Shown in pieces: positions 55,698 to 64,000 of a stretch of DNA of 64,000 bases. The position numbers were made by a program, and so were the translations under genes. The stretch comes from an uncultured Bacteroidales bacterium (GTDB lineage Bacteria; Bacteroidota; Bacteroidia; Bacteroidales; VadinHA17). The stretch spans positions 648,032-712,031 of the forward strand of contig CAVTSB010000001.1 in the NCBI GenBank assembly GCA_963737255.1. The letters run 5' to 3'. Below the pieces are notes generated by a model, which was not told the origin of the DNA, did no database searches, and worked only from the letters and a program-made list of their open reading frames with translations. Within the stretch, counting starts at the first letter, position 1. The number at the start of each line of letters is the position of its first letter.

Positions 55698-56408
55698 ATG
55701 AATCCATTTTTTGCAGAATTTTTCGGAACCGCCATAATTATAGTATTCGGCGGTGGTGTAGTATCCAATGTTCTTTTGAGCAAAACAAAGGGTAACAATA
55801 GTGGCTGGATCGTAATAACCTTCGGGTGGGCCATTGGAGTATTCACCGGAGTATTGATATCGGCTCCGGTGAGCGGGGCACATCTTAATCCGGCTGTTAC
55901 CCTGGCCCTTGCAATAGCACATAAGTTTTCCTGGAGCATGGTGCCGCTCTATTGTTGTGCCCAGGTCCTGGGAGCCATGTTCGGGGCGGGGCTGGTATGG
56001 CTGGCTTATAAAAAGCATTTTGATATTACCGAAGATGCGGATTCAAAGCTGGCTGTCTTTTCCACCATGCCTAATATACGGAGCTATTGGTACAATGTTG
56101 TTACTGAAATAATAGGCACTTATGTCCTGGCACTTGCAGTTCTCTATATGGCTGAGCCGGAAGTGGGTCTGGGCGCCTTGAATGCATTGCCCGTAGCGCT
56201 GGTAGTACTCGGTATTGGGCTGTCGCTCGGCGGACCGACAGGATATGCCATCAATCCGGCCCGTGACATTGGTCCCCGGATAATGCACTTTTTGCTGCCC
56301 ATTCCAAATAAACGGAACAGTGACTGGAGTTACTCCTGGGTTCCGATCCTCGGTCCCTGTATCGGGGCTGCACTTGCAGCTTTAATGTTCCTGATTTTTA
56401 CTAATTGA
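55698..56408 (+). CDS. glpF: MIP-family glycerol uptake facilitator
   Basis: Two NPA boxes (HLNPAVT, AINPARD) and six TM helices. Confidence 0.9.
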   Translation: MNPFFAEFFGTAIIIVFGGGVVSNVLLSKTKGNNSGWIVITFGWAIGVFTGVLISAPVSGAHLNPAVTLALAIAHKFSWSMVPLYCCAQVLGAMFGAGLVWLAYKKHFDITEDADSKLAVFSTMPNIRSYWYNVVTEIIGTYVLALAVLYMAEPEVGLGALNALPVALVVLGIGLSLGGPTGYAINPARDIGPRIMHFLLPIPNKRNSDWSYSWVPILGPCIGAALAALMFLIFTN

Positions 56409-56433
56409 GAAAGCGGAATATCCATAAATTGTT

Positions 56434-56441
56434 TAATTTTG
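56434..56441 (+). promoter_or_regulatory. -7 box TAATTTTG upstream of the first small OMP paralog
   Basis: Exact TAnnTTTG match 29 nt before the ATG at 56470. Confidence 0.35.
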
Positions 56442-56469
56442 ATTTAACGTACAATTTAATCCCGGACCT

Positions 56470-57018
56470 ATGAGAAAAACCGTACTGGCCGTCTTCGGGG
56501 TATGCCTGATTACGACGCAACTGGCTGCACAGCGGGTACCTTTTGGTAAAGGGTATACGGTTGTTAATCTTGGAGTTGGACTAGGCTCAACCTGGTATTC
56601 AGGAACATACTATCATGCCAGGTTATTGCCTCTGTCAGCTTCGGTGGAATTTGGCCTTGCCGACTATGTCCTTGAAAAGGGAGCAATCGGGGCTGGTCCG
56701 TATATCGGATATACCACGCTGAAGAACGAATATAATGACGGGGGGTACAATTATTCCATGGTTCTCATGGGATTAAGGAGCAATTTCCATTATCCGCTTG
56801 TGGATAACCTCGACACATACGCCAGTCTTTTCCTTGGATATAATATTATAAGTTCGGAGGGTTTCGGGATCCCGGCCGGACCTCCGGAATCGGGTGGATT
56901 AAGAACTGCCTTTTATGTAGGCGGAAGGTATTATTTCATGGAAACCCTGGCCTTTATGGCAGAGATCGGGTATGGGATATCTTATCTCAACGTAGGAATA
57001 GCATTTACTTTTTTTTAA
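56470..57018 (+). CDS. Small outer-membrane beta-barrel protein, paralog A
   Basis: Signal peptide ..QLAAQ, the NLG(V/I)G(L/I)GST.YSG motif, and a C-terminal aromatic residue. Clearly paralogous to 57178-57720. Confidence 0.65.
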   Translation: MRKTVLAVFGVCLITTQLAAQRVPFGKGYTVVNLGVGLGSTWYSGTYYHARLLPLSASVEFGLADYVLEKGAIGAGPYIGYTTLKNEYNDGGYNYSMVLMGLRSNFHYPLVDNLDTYASLFLGYNIISSEGFGIPAGPPESGGLRTAFYVGGRYYFMETLAFMAEIGYGISYLNVGIAFTFF

Positions 57019-57026
57019 TTCAAAGA

Positions 57027-57044
57027 TTTAATCTTCGGATTAAA
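57027..57044 (+). terminator. AT-rich hairpin with TTCG loop after paralog A
   Basis: TTTAATC-TTCG-GATTAAA. The following T-run is weak, so function is uncertain. Confidence 0.3.
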
Positions 57045-57100
57045 GTTTAATTTAACGAAAATTAAACAAAGCAAATCCGGGATTGTTATTATGATATCTT

Positions 57101-57179
57101 TATTAACGATTTAAAACACTTGCTATTATTAACGATTTAAAAGCACTTGCTATTATTAACGATTTAAAACACTTGCTAT
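57101..57179. repeat. Three tandem copies of a 26/27-bp unit, TATTAACGATTTAAAA(G)CACTTGCTAT
   Basis: Copies at 57101-57126, 57127-57153 and 57154-57179. The last two bases of copy 3 are the A and T of the start codon of paralog B. Confidence 0.9.
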
Positions 57180-57720
57180 GAAAAAATTTTTACTTCTCGT
57201 TGTGATCGTATGTTTTTCCGTTGCACAGCTCGCAGCCCAGGAACCAACTTTTGAAAAAGGTGACAAGGTACTTAATCTTGGTATTGGAATCGGGTCCACA
57301 TTGTATTCAGGTTCCCTTTACAAAAGCGGTCTCCCACCTATCTCAGCCTCCCTTGAATTCGGGGTTAATGATGAAGTCATTGATAAAGTGGTTATCGGAG
57401 TCGGCCCTTACCTTGGATACTCTTCCTACAAGTGGAGTAATTACTACAAGTATACTAACATGGTCCTGGGAGCAAGGGGTTTACTTCATTATCCGTTGGC
57501 TAATAAACTTGACACTTATGCAGGTCTTTTATTGGGATACAACATTGTAACTGTTAAAGATCTGGATCCTTATATTGGCGACTTCAGCGGATCATCAAGC
57601 GGAATAGCCTGGTCATTGTTCATCGGCGGAAGGTACTATTTCTCAGATGCTTTTGGAGTTATGGCTGAACTTGGATATGGGATCACCTATCTTAATCTTG
57701 GCGTTGCCCTTAAGTTCTGA
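57178..57720 (+). CDS. Small outer-membrane beta-barrel protein, paralog B
   Basis: 180 aa, collinear with paralog A (QLAAQ, NLGIGIGSTLYSG, LDTYAGLLLGYNI, GGRYYF, ELGYGITYLNLG). Confidence 0.65.
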   Translation: MKKFLLLVVIVCFSVAQLAAQEPTFEKGDKVLNLGIGIGSTLYSGSLYKSGLPPISASLEFGVNDEVIDKVVIGVGPYLGYSSYKWSNYYKYTNMVLGARGLLHYPLANKLDTYAGLLLGYNIVTVKDLDPYIGDFSGSSSGIAWSLFIGGRYYFSDAFGVMAELGYGITYLNLGVALKF

Positions 57721-57798
57721 TCGGATTAGTTTTAGTGTTATTCACCTGCCATTGCTGAGACCGGCTTAAACCGGAATTCCCGGCCTATAAAATAAAAT

Positions 57799-57822
57799 GC
57801 CCGGAATTAAATTATTCCGGGC
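57799..57822. terminator. Bidirectional terminator hairpin
   Basis: GCCCGGAAT-TAAATT-ATTCCGGGC with T-runs on both strands, between convergent genes. Confidence 0.75.
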
Positions 57823-57849
57823 ACTTTTGCATTTATTGACTTTCACTAT

Positions 57850-58833
57850 TTATCTGCCGAGTTCTACAACTGCATACTTTGAAATTCTCCAGAACTCTGC
57901 CGGATCCTTTATTTCAATATAACTGATCAGATTTTCGTTTTCACGAACCAACTGGTAAGATCCAGATGGATGCTCGGTGATCAGTTTCACTGACTTTGAG
58001 TTTACAGGAATAGTTTTTGTTTCGGTGACATCGATTTCAGCGAATAAACTATCGGGAAAATCTTCCATAAGATTCTCTTTCCTGCCAAGGCCAAGAAATC
58101 CGCCTTCTTTATAAACAAGACCTCTTTCTTTCAGATCCTTGTATGTGCCCGATGCGAGGTAAGCCTGATTCAGCTTACCTACCTGGTCGCTTATTGTTTC
58201 ATCCTTCATCGTAAGCGTATCTTTGTAGGCAAATACCCTGGTATTCAGCTGTTCAATCTCGAAATCCTTGTTGACAAGCGTGGCTTTAAGATCGGATATT
58301 TCAGTCTCATGCTGCTGCATTGTTGCCTCAAGATCGGCAATCCTTGTCTGCAAGCCTGTTATCGTTGTCCCTGATTTCTTAAGCTGGGCGTTCAGCGAAG
58401 CGATCTTCTTTTTGTTTTCATCGATCAGAGTGTTGATGCTTTTGATATCCTCAAGTATCTGATCCTTTTTTGCCTTTGAGAATTCTGAGTCCGTTGTCTT
58501 TACAGAAAGTATGTTTTCCTTCTGTTTAATGGCTCCGAGGTTTTTTTCGATCTCATCAAAGGTGGCCAGCCAGTCGTTGATCATTGAATCGCGGGCTGTG
58601 AGCTGTTCCGTAAAAGCTGTTTTCTGGTTTTCCATTAATGCCAGCTGGGTATTATGATCGCGGTTGTACCGGGAATAGAAAAATATTCCAAGTGCAATCA
58701 GCAGGGCAAACGCAATAAGTCCGGCCGTCAGGGCTCCCCTTGTAACGCCTTCCTTTTTGGCGGCCATTACCCGGTTTGTTACTACCGAGTTTTCATTGGT
58801 CGATTTTGGGTCATTAAATTCTTTGTTTTCCAT
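57850..58833 (-). CDS. Membrane-anchored coiled-coil protein, function unknown
   Basis: One TM helix (LTAGLIAFALLIALGIFFY), a long heptad-rich segment of about 150 aa, and a C-terminal globular domain. Confidence 0.6.
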   Translation of the reverse strand: MENKEFNDPKSTNENSVVTNRVMAAKKEGVTRGALTAGLIAFALLIALGIFFYSRYNRDHNTQLALMENQKTAFTEQLTARDSMINDWLATFDEIEKNLGAIKQKENILSVKTTDSEFSKAKKDQILEDIKSINTLIDENKKKIASLNAQLKKSGTTITGLQTRIADLEATMQQHETEISDLKATLVNKDFEIEQLNTRVFAYKDTLTMKDETISDQVGKLNQAYLASGTYKDLKERGLVYKEGGFLGLGRKENLMEDFPDSLFAEIDVTETKTIPVNSKSVKLITEHPSGSYQLVRENENLISYIEIKDPAEFWRISKYAVVELGR

Positions 58834-59060
58834 TTTAGTTCTTCTTTTAATTAGTATTTAAAATTTGTTTGTTTTAGATCTCCTTATATTGGCATAAAGC
58901 AATTCAGGTCAATTTTTTTTAAGTTGTATAGCAATTTATTTTAAGCTGTCTTTATAATTACAAACCTTGGGCCGGTATTATCGCATATCATTAAATGCCT
59001 AAATATCAGCAATTTGATAAAAACAATGAAGTCTGTAGATTGTTCAATTTGATTATTTTA

Positions 59061-59075
59061 TTCTCATTTTGAGAA
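59061..59075. promoter_or_regulatory. Palindrome TTCTCA-TTT-TGAGAA (copy B)
   Basis: Perfect 6-3-6 inverted repeat, 60 nt downstream of the activator stop and about 230 nt upstream of the coiled-coil gene start. Its flanks resemble those of copy A at 63563. Confidence 0.5.
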
Positions 59076-59134
59076 AACGGTCAAATCGAGGATAATGCAC
59101 AAGCGGGAGACGAAGCAATCTCATTCAACAAGTG

Positions 59135-60484
59135 CTACTCCTTCTCTTCCTTAAGGATCCTGTATATTGTAGAGACACCGATATCAAGCTTTTTGGCTGT
59201 GGCGCCGATATCATTGTTGAACTTCCTGAGGGTTGCTCTGATGATCCTGAGCTCATATTCCCGGAGCGTCAGGTCATCGCCGGCAACAACAGAAAGGGTT
59301 TCGTCCATGTCAAGCACAAAATCACCGGCTTCAAGCTCTTCCCTTACCGACAGGGTGGCTGCAAGCTCGACAAGTGACTTTAGTTCCCTTACATTTCCGG
59401 GGAACGAATAACTCAGCAGTTTTTTCTGGGCTTCAGCTGAGAGCTTTTTTAACGGAAGGTCATTTTCTTTACAGTAACTGCCAATGAAATGCCTTGCAAG
59501 TATCAGGATATCGTTTGCTCTCTCGCGCAAAGGGGGTAGCTCGATGGGCAATCCTAAAAGCCTGTAGTACAAATCCTCCCTGAACTTTCCTTTTTTCACT
59601 TCCTCCTTCAGGTTCTTATTGGTGGCAGCAATGATACGGCAATCGGTCTTTACAGGCTTATTACTCCCTATTCTTACTATCTCTTTTTCCTGCAGAACCC
59701 TGAGCAGTTTTGACTGCAGGTTCTGTTCCATTTCACCGATTTCATCGAGGAAGAGAGTGCCTCCGTCAGCTTCCTCGAACCGGCCGATCCGCCTGAACGA
59801 AGCTCCGGTGAAAGCTCCTTTTTCATGTCCGAAGAGCTCGCTTTCAATAAGCTCAGAAGGGATCGCGGGAACATTTACGGCCACAAAGGATTTATCCTTG
59901 CGTTTCGAGTTATAATGAATAGCTTTTGCTACAAGCTCTTTCCCGGTCCCTGTCTCACCTGTTATTATCACCGTGATATTTGTGTCGAGCGCTTTGTCTA
60001 TCAGTTCAAACACGCTCTTGATGGCAGGGCTTTCGCCAAGCAGACTTTGCCTGAAGCTGTATTTTTTCTGTATCTCTTTCCGTAGCGACGAGATCTCATT
60101 TTTAAGAACAATATCCTTACTCAGATTCTGAATAGTATTAAGCAGGCGGTCCTTTATATCAGGCGATTTGGTTATATAGTCATATGCACCCTCCTTCAGC
60201 AGGGTCACAACGAGGTCGATATCCTCCTGCTCCGATATCAGGATGACCTGGATCTCGGAATTTTCCTGCCGGATCCTTTTCAGAACCTCCAGCCCCGAAA
60301 TATCTGGCAGCCTGTAATCAAGCGTTACAATATCGGGTGATTCATGGAGCGAATTTAAAAAATCACGTGCATTGAAAAAGCTCTTTACCTGGTAATCAGG
60401 AATTAAAGACAATGTATAAACAAGGAGTTTATTATACCATTCATTGTCTTCCACAACGAAAATCTTGACAGGTTTTTCACTCAT
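59135..60484 (-). CDS. Sigma-54-dependent response regulator (NtrC family: REC, AAA+, Fis-type HTH)
   Basis: REC domain with DYRLPD, Walker A GETGTGKE, the GAFTGA motif (EKGAFTGA), and a C-terminal HTH. ATG at 60484. Confidence 0.9.
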   Translation of the reverse strand: MSEKPVKIFVVEDNEWYNKLLVYTLSLIPDYQVKSFFNARDFLNSLHESPDIVTLDYRLPDISGLEVLKRIRQENSEIQVILISEQEDIDLVVTLLKEGAYDYITKSPDIKDRLLNTIQNLSKDIVLKNEISSLRKEIQKKYSFRQSLLGESPAIKSVFELIDKALDTNITVIITGETGTGKELVAKAIHYNSKRKDKSFVAVNVPAIPSELIESELFGHEKGAFTGASFRRIGRFEEADGGTLFLDEIGEMEQNLQSKLLRVLQEKEIVRIGSNKPVKTDCRIIAATNKNLKEEVKKGKFREDLYYRLLGLPIELPPLRERANDILILARHFIGSYCKENDLPLKKLSAEAQKKLLSYSFPGNVRELKSLVELAATLSVREELEAGDFVLDMDETLSVVAGDDLTLREYELRIIRATLRKFNNDIGATAKKLDIGVSTIYRILKEEKE

Positions 60485-60558
60485 AGATCTTTTGTACCCG
60501 AAAACTGATAATCGCGTCAAATTGCAAATTACAAAATAATGCCCGGATTTGCGGGGTT

Positions 60559-62985
60559 TTAATTCATTTTTGCAATATGTTCGTTCAGCAGGCCGCTTAC
60601 AGCCCGGAATTCGTTGCGGGAACTCTCCAGTAAACTCTCCACAGATACCGTATCGGTACTGTTATTGTTTCTGCAGTTTTTTTCAATGCTGGTAAGGAGG
60701 CTGCTGAGATCCGAAGCACCCAGATGCCGGCATGGAGGGAGTATTTTGTGGGCCAGGTTGGCCACTGACTCCCATTGCCGGGCAACGACAGCTTCCTGCA
60801 TTTCATTCAGAAGTTTTTCAGTGGTGACAATGAATGAGAGCAGCATCTGTTTCACAAACTGGTCATCGCCACCTGAAATGTGATACAAGCCATGCAAATC
60901 GAGCTTTCCCGTACTTCCGGATCCTGGTCTGCCATTACTTCCTGTTTCAGTAAGGGTGACAGGTGAGTTTTTCCTTATAACCGCCTGGATTGTAGTAAGC
61001 AGCATTTCTTCGGTAAATGGTTTCTGTAGAAAGGCATTCATCCCTGCCTTTCTGTACTTATGCCACTCATCATTAAGCGGGGCAGCCGAAATGAATATTA
61101 TCGGCATATCCTGGTCATTAATTTTCATCTCATTCCGGATGAACTGCGTGGTCCTGAATCCGTCTATACCTGGCATCCGCATATCCATGAATAAAATGTC
61201 GAACCGGTCCTCCTTCAGTATTTCCAACGCATCCATACCGTTTACAACCTCATGGCATTCAACATTCCATCTGTTCAATATTTTTCGGAAGAGCAGACGA
61301 TTGTATTCTTCATCATCGACAACCAGGATTTTCAGTCCTGTGATCTCCTCAGGAACCGGTATCGGCGGAGCAATCTCTTTTCTGATTTGTTTTTCGTCGC
61401 CGGTCAGGTACGGCATCCTGCATATAATTTTTGTTCCCTGGTTCTTTTTACTTGTCAGCTCGATTGTCCCGTTATGTAGTTCCACAAGCTTTTTGACGAT
61501 TGATAATCCCAGTCCCGTACCTCCGAATTTTCGGGTGGTACTCATTTCTGCCTGGGTAAAATCTTCAAAAATGGAGTCCAGTTTCGATTCGTCAATGCCG
61601 ATTCCTGTGTCTGTAAATTCCATAATAAGGTCGATTTCCCCCTCCGCCTTTCTAACGCTGCCCGCGGTAAAATGGACAGTACCGTTTTTTGTGAACTTGA
61701 CTGAATTGCTTACCAGATTGATTATGATCTGTTTCAGCCTGTAAGGATCGCCAAGGAGGACATCGGGAGTACCGGGACTTATTGAAAAGGTAAGATGGGT
61801 GTTATTCTGTATTGCCTGTCTCTCAAACAGGGCATGCATATCACTGAGTGTCCGGCTGATGCTGAAGTGCACCTTTTCGAGAGAAAGCTTGTTATTCTGC
61901 AGCTTTGAAAAATCGAGGATATCATCAATTATCTTCAGAAGATGGTCAGAAGATGATTTAATTATCCTCAGAGAGCGGGATGTATTCTCATCGGATGGTT
62001 CGTGCAGGAGCTGTTCGGTAAATCCTGAAATTGCAGTTACAGGGGTCCGGATCTCATGGCTCATATTTGCCATGAAAAGCTCTTTGGTTCTTGCCAGTTT
62101 TTCCGCTTCCTCCTTTGAATTCTCAAGTGCAACCTGATATGCATACGCTTTCCGCACATACCTTATTATTATATAGAGCACCAGCACCGCAAGCAAACCT
62201 CCGGATATCGTCAGCATGATCAGCCACCTGTAAGTCTTGGCGGCTACAAGGTTGGCTTCCACTGCCTTAGCCTTTATATGGTCGTAAACCTCATTTTCCA
62301 TTTTGGTCATGAGGTCGTAGAATTTTTCGGTTATCTCGCTGCTGTTGACAGCCAGCTGCGATTCCTGGGATATCAATTCGTCTTTCGTGGTTCGGTTTTC
62401 CCTGGCAATCTTATTCAGATCGTCAACTATCGCCTGTTCATTAATTGGACTTTCGGGAGGCCGGCTGAAAACCCTCTTCAGGATCCCTCTCTCTTTTTTC
62501 TGACTGTTCTCTGTGACAGTAGTAAACTGGTCGGATAACTGCCTCATGTATTCCATTACCTTGTTGTCGTTGTAAAGAACCAGCAGATCGTTCCAGATTA
62601 TTATGTTCTCTTCAATAAGGTTGCTTATCGTATCGGTCTGGGCCAGCAATACCGAATCATTTATGCATTCGGCCTTTAACCTGCTTACCTTTTCGTCAAT
62701 ATTGGAGATGATCGTATAGTAGGGCTCAATATCCGAGGAATTTCTGGTTATTGAATAGATCCTGACGCTGTTCCCTGCTTTCTCAAGATCCATGGAAATG
62801 TCGCGTATACTAAGCAACCTGAGCTCGGGATTTTCATCTATCCTGATCGATGAAACAATTGAAGAAAGGTTCCGGTAAAGCAAATAACAAGTAGCTGACA
62901 ACAGTATGACAGCAATGATCATTATAAATCCAATTTTAAACTGAATCGAATTTCGCTTCAGGTACCTGAAAAAAGGATTTGTCAT
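60559..62985 (-). CDS. Hybrid sensor histidine kinase (periplasmic sensor, HisKA, HATPase_c, REC, HPt)
   Basis: Two TM helices flank a sensor region of about 220 aa. H-box SHEIRTPV, G-boxes DTGIGI/GGTGLGL, REC (VVDDEEYN...DMRMPGIDG) and a C-terminal HPt-like segment (HKILPPCRHLGA). Confidence 0.9.
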   Translation of the reverse strand: MTNPFFRYLKRNSIQFKIGFIMIIAVILLSATCYLLYRNLSSIVSSIRIDENPELRLLSIRDISMDLEKAGNSVRIYSITRNSSDIEPYYTIISNIDEKVSRLKAECINDSVLLAQTDTISNLIEENIIIWNDLLVLYNDNKVMEYMRQLSDQFTTVTENSQKKERGILKRVFSRPPESPINEQAIVDDLNKIARENRTTKDELISQESQLAVNSSEITEKFYDLMTKMENEVYDHIKAKAVEANLVAAKTYRWLIMLTISGGLLAVLVLYIIIRYVRKAYAYQVALENSKEEAEKLARTKELFMANMSHEIRTPVTAISGFTEQLLHEPSDENTSRSLRIIKSSSDHLLKIIDDILDFSKLQNNKLSLEKVHFSISRTLSDMHALFERQAIQNNTHLTFSISPGTPDVLLGDPYRLKQIIINLVSNSVKFTKNGTVHFTAGSVRKAEGEIDLIMEFTDTGIGIDESKLDSIFEDFTQAEMSTTRKFGGTGLGLSIVKKLVELHNGTIELTSKKNQGTKIICRMPYLTGDEKQIRKEIAPPIPVPEEITGLKILVVDDEEYNRLLFRKILNRWNVECHEVVNGMDALEILKEDRFDILFMDMRMPGIDGFRTTQFIRNEMKINDQDMPIIFISAAPLNDEWHKYRKAGMNAFLQKPFTEEMLLTTIQAVIRKNSPVTLTETGSNGRPGSGSTGKLDLHGLYHISGGDDQFVKQMLLSFIVTTEKLLNEMQEAVVARQWESVANLAHKILPPCRHLGASDLSSLLTSIEKNCRNNNSTDTVSVESLLESSRNEFRAVSGLLNEHIAKMN

Positions 62986-63416
62986 TAATCCAAAGTTACT
63001 GAAAATTTGTTTTCAATAAATTGCTGCAGGTAAAGGCTGCAAAGCGCCGGCGCCAGGTGATCCTTCACAACGAAGTAATCGTAGGGCACCTGAGTGCTTT
63101 TCTCCTTGACCGCCTTTGACTGCGACAGAAGTACAACCATTGTATCGCATGAAAGTTCTTTCAGCAGTTTAATGACATGGGCAGCGTTGATACCGTCCCC
63201 GAGATAATAATCAACAAATACTATTGTATTGTTACACTCTATTTCCTTCGATTTCACTTTCCTGATATACTCATTCGCATCCGTAAATGAGTGCAGCACA
63301 AGCTGGTGCTTACCTTTAAGCAGGAGTGAGTTTACACTTTGCTGGATGGCGTTCGATAACATATGGTTATAATACTCATTATCTTCGATTACAAGCACGT
63401 TTATTGTTTCCTTCAT
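62985..63416 (-). CDS. Stand-alone receiver (REC) domain protein
   Basis: VLVIEDNEYY...IVFVDYYLGD...; 143 aa from the ATG at 63416. Its stop overlaps the kinase start (TAATG). Confidence 0.7.
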   Translation of the reverse strand: MKETINVLVIEDNEYYNHMLSNAIQQSVNSLLLKGKHQLVLHSFTDANEYIRKVKSKEIECNNTIVFVDYYLGDGINAAHVIKLLKELSCDTMVVLLSQSKAVKEKSTQVPYDYFVVKDHLAPALCSLYLQQFIENKFSVTLD

Positions 63417-63450
63417 GATGCCTCCGTTTTTCTGTTCGAATAGTATTACT

Positions 63451-63465
63451 CCAACAATGTGCCAG
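63451..63465 (-). promoter_or_regulatory. Sigma-54-like element CTGGCACATTGTTGG (perfect -24 TGGCAC, imperfect -12)
   Basis: Reverse complement of 63451-63465, 35-50 nt upstream of the REC ATG. The -12 region reads TTGG and sits 1 nt closer than the TGGCAC-N5-TTGC consensus. Confidence 0.35.
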
Positions 63466-63562
63466 CTTTTTGATCGAACCTGATAAAAAATGTAACACAT
63501 TTAATATTAATATATTACAATCTGATTTATCTGCTTCCCGATAATTCAATATCAGTAGTATT

Positions 63563-63577
63563 TTCTCAATTTGAGAA
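63563..63577. promoter_or_regulatory. Palindrome TTCTCA-ATT-TGAGAA (copy A)
   Basis: Perfect 6-3-6 inverted repeat (17 bp with flanks), about 100 bp upstream of the sigma-54-like -24 box. Confidence 0.5.
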
Positions 63578-63684
63578 ACATTGGAGAATTAAATTAATCC
63601 CGTGTACTTGCACCTCTTACCCGGCGGTCTGCCTCCTTCGTCAGGGTTTTGTAAGGTAATACCGGGGGGTGTGATCACGTATTA

Positions 63685-64000
63685 TTATCTCTGCAGCGAA
63701 ACCATTGTCCTGATCAGACTTGCGGCCCAGGAATAGATATTATGTTCCAGGATGACCTGTCTCATCTGTTTCATCCTGTGGTTCTGTCCTTTCTTTGACA
63801 TCTCAATCGCAGTTTTGATGGCATCAGCCATTTGCTCTATGTCATAGGGATTTATTATTATGGCCCCCTGGAGTTCCTGGCTTGCGCCTGCGAACCGGCT
63901 AAGGATCAGCACTCCGTCGTTGCTGTTACGTGAAGCCACAAACTCCTTTGCCACCAGGTTCATTCCATCGTGAAGCGAAGTTACCATACACAGGTTTGCC
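63685..64000 (-). CDS. otsA: Trehalose-6-phosphate synthase (GT20), C-terminal part (partial at window edge)
   Basis: VTSLHDGMNLVAKEFVA...GVLILSRFAGA...AIIINPYD is the conserved OtsA C-terminal core. Confidence 0.85.
   Translation of the reverse strand, partial: ANLCMVTSLHDGMNLVAKEFVASRNSNDGVLILSRFAGASQELQGAIIINPYDIEQMADAIKTAIEMSKKGQNHRMKQMRQVILEHNIYSWAASLIRTMVSLQR

Noticed and set aside
58834-59060. Expected sigma-54 promoter (TGGCAC-N5-TTGC on the minus strand) upstream of the coiled-coil gene, downstream of palindrome copy B.
   Set aside because: The best candidate (reverse complement of AGCAATTCAGGTCAAT, 58899-58914) has a good TTGCT -12 but TTGACC in place of TGGCAC. No acceptable match was found by eye, so it is not annotated.

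Overview
The window reads as a Bacteroidota-type chromosomal segment. It has two SusC/SusD pairs, a TonB gene, many lipoprotein signal peptides, TAnnTTTG -7 promoter boxes and no obvious Shine-Dalgarno use. I support about 50 protein genes. These include a LacI-controlled sugar-acid/polyol block, housekeeping genes (hflX, asd, lpxK, sppA, folK, radC, rpsT, mpl, class I fumarase), glpD-glpK-glpF, two non-canonical PUL-like loci, and a REC / hybrid kinase / sigma-54 activator operon. There are also two tRNAs (Ala-GGC, Glu-UUC) and several terminators. The most unusual region is a ~1.1-kb insert at 27.8-28.8 kb: a DUF559 endonuclease-fold gene plus a 139-bp palindrome, bracketed by amplified repeat arrays that share a 14-nt core in inverted orientation (REP/RAYT-like logic with a different nuclease). 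Other points of interest:
- a membrane-anchored tetraheme NapC/NirT cytochrome fused to a Cys-less FGE/SUMF1-like domain, directly upstream of a SusC/D pair;
- a heme-motif beta-propeller lipoprotein plus polytopic membrane protein operon, preceded by three AATACGTATT palindromes;
- heptanucleotide tandem arrays and GC-rich triloop mini-hairpins in several intergenic regions;
- a 15-bp palindrome at both ends of the two-component operon, with a sigma-54-like -24 box;
- four conserved genes that are interrupted (three +1 frameshifts and one in-frame TAG), which may be assembly errors or real decay.

No CRISPR array, integrase, transposase or recognisable defence system is visible.
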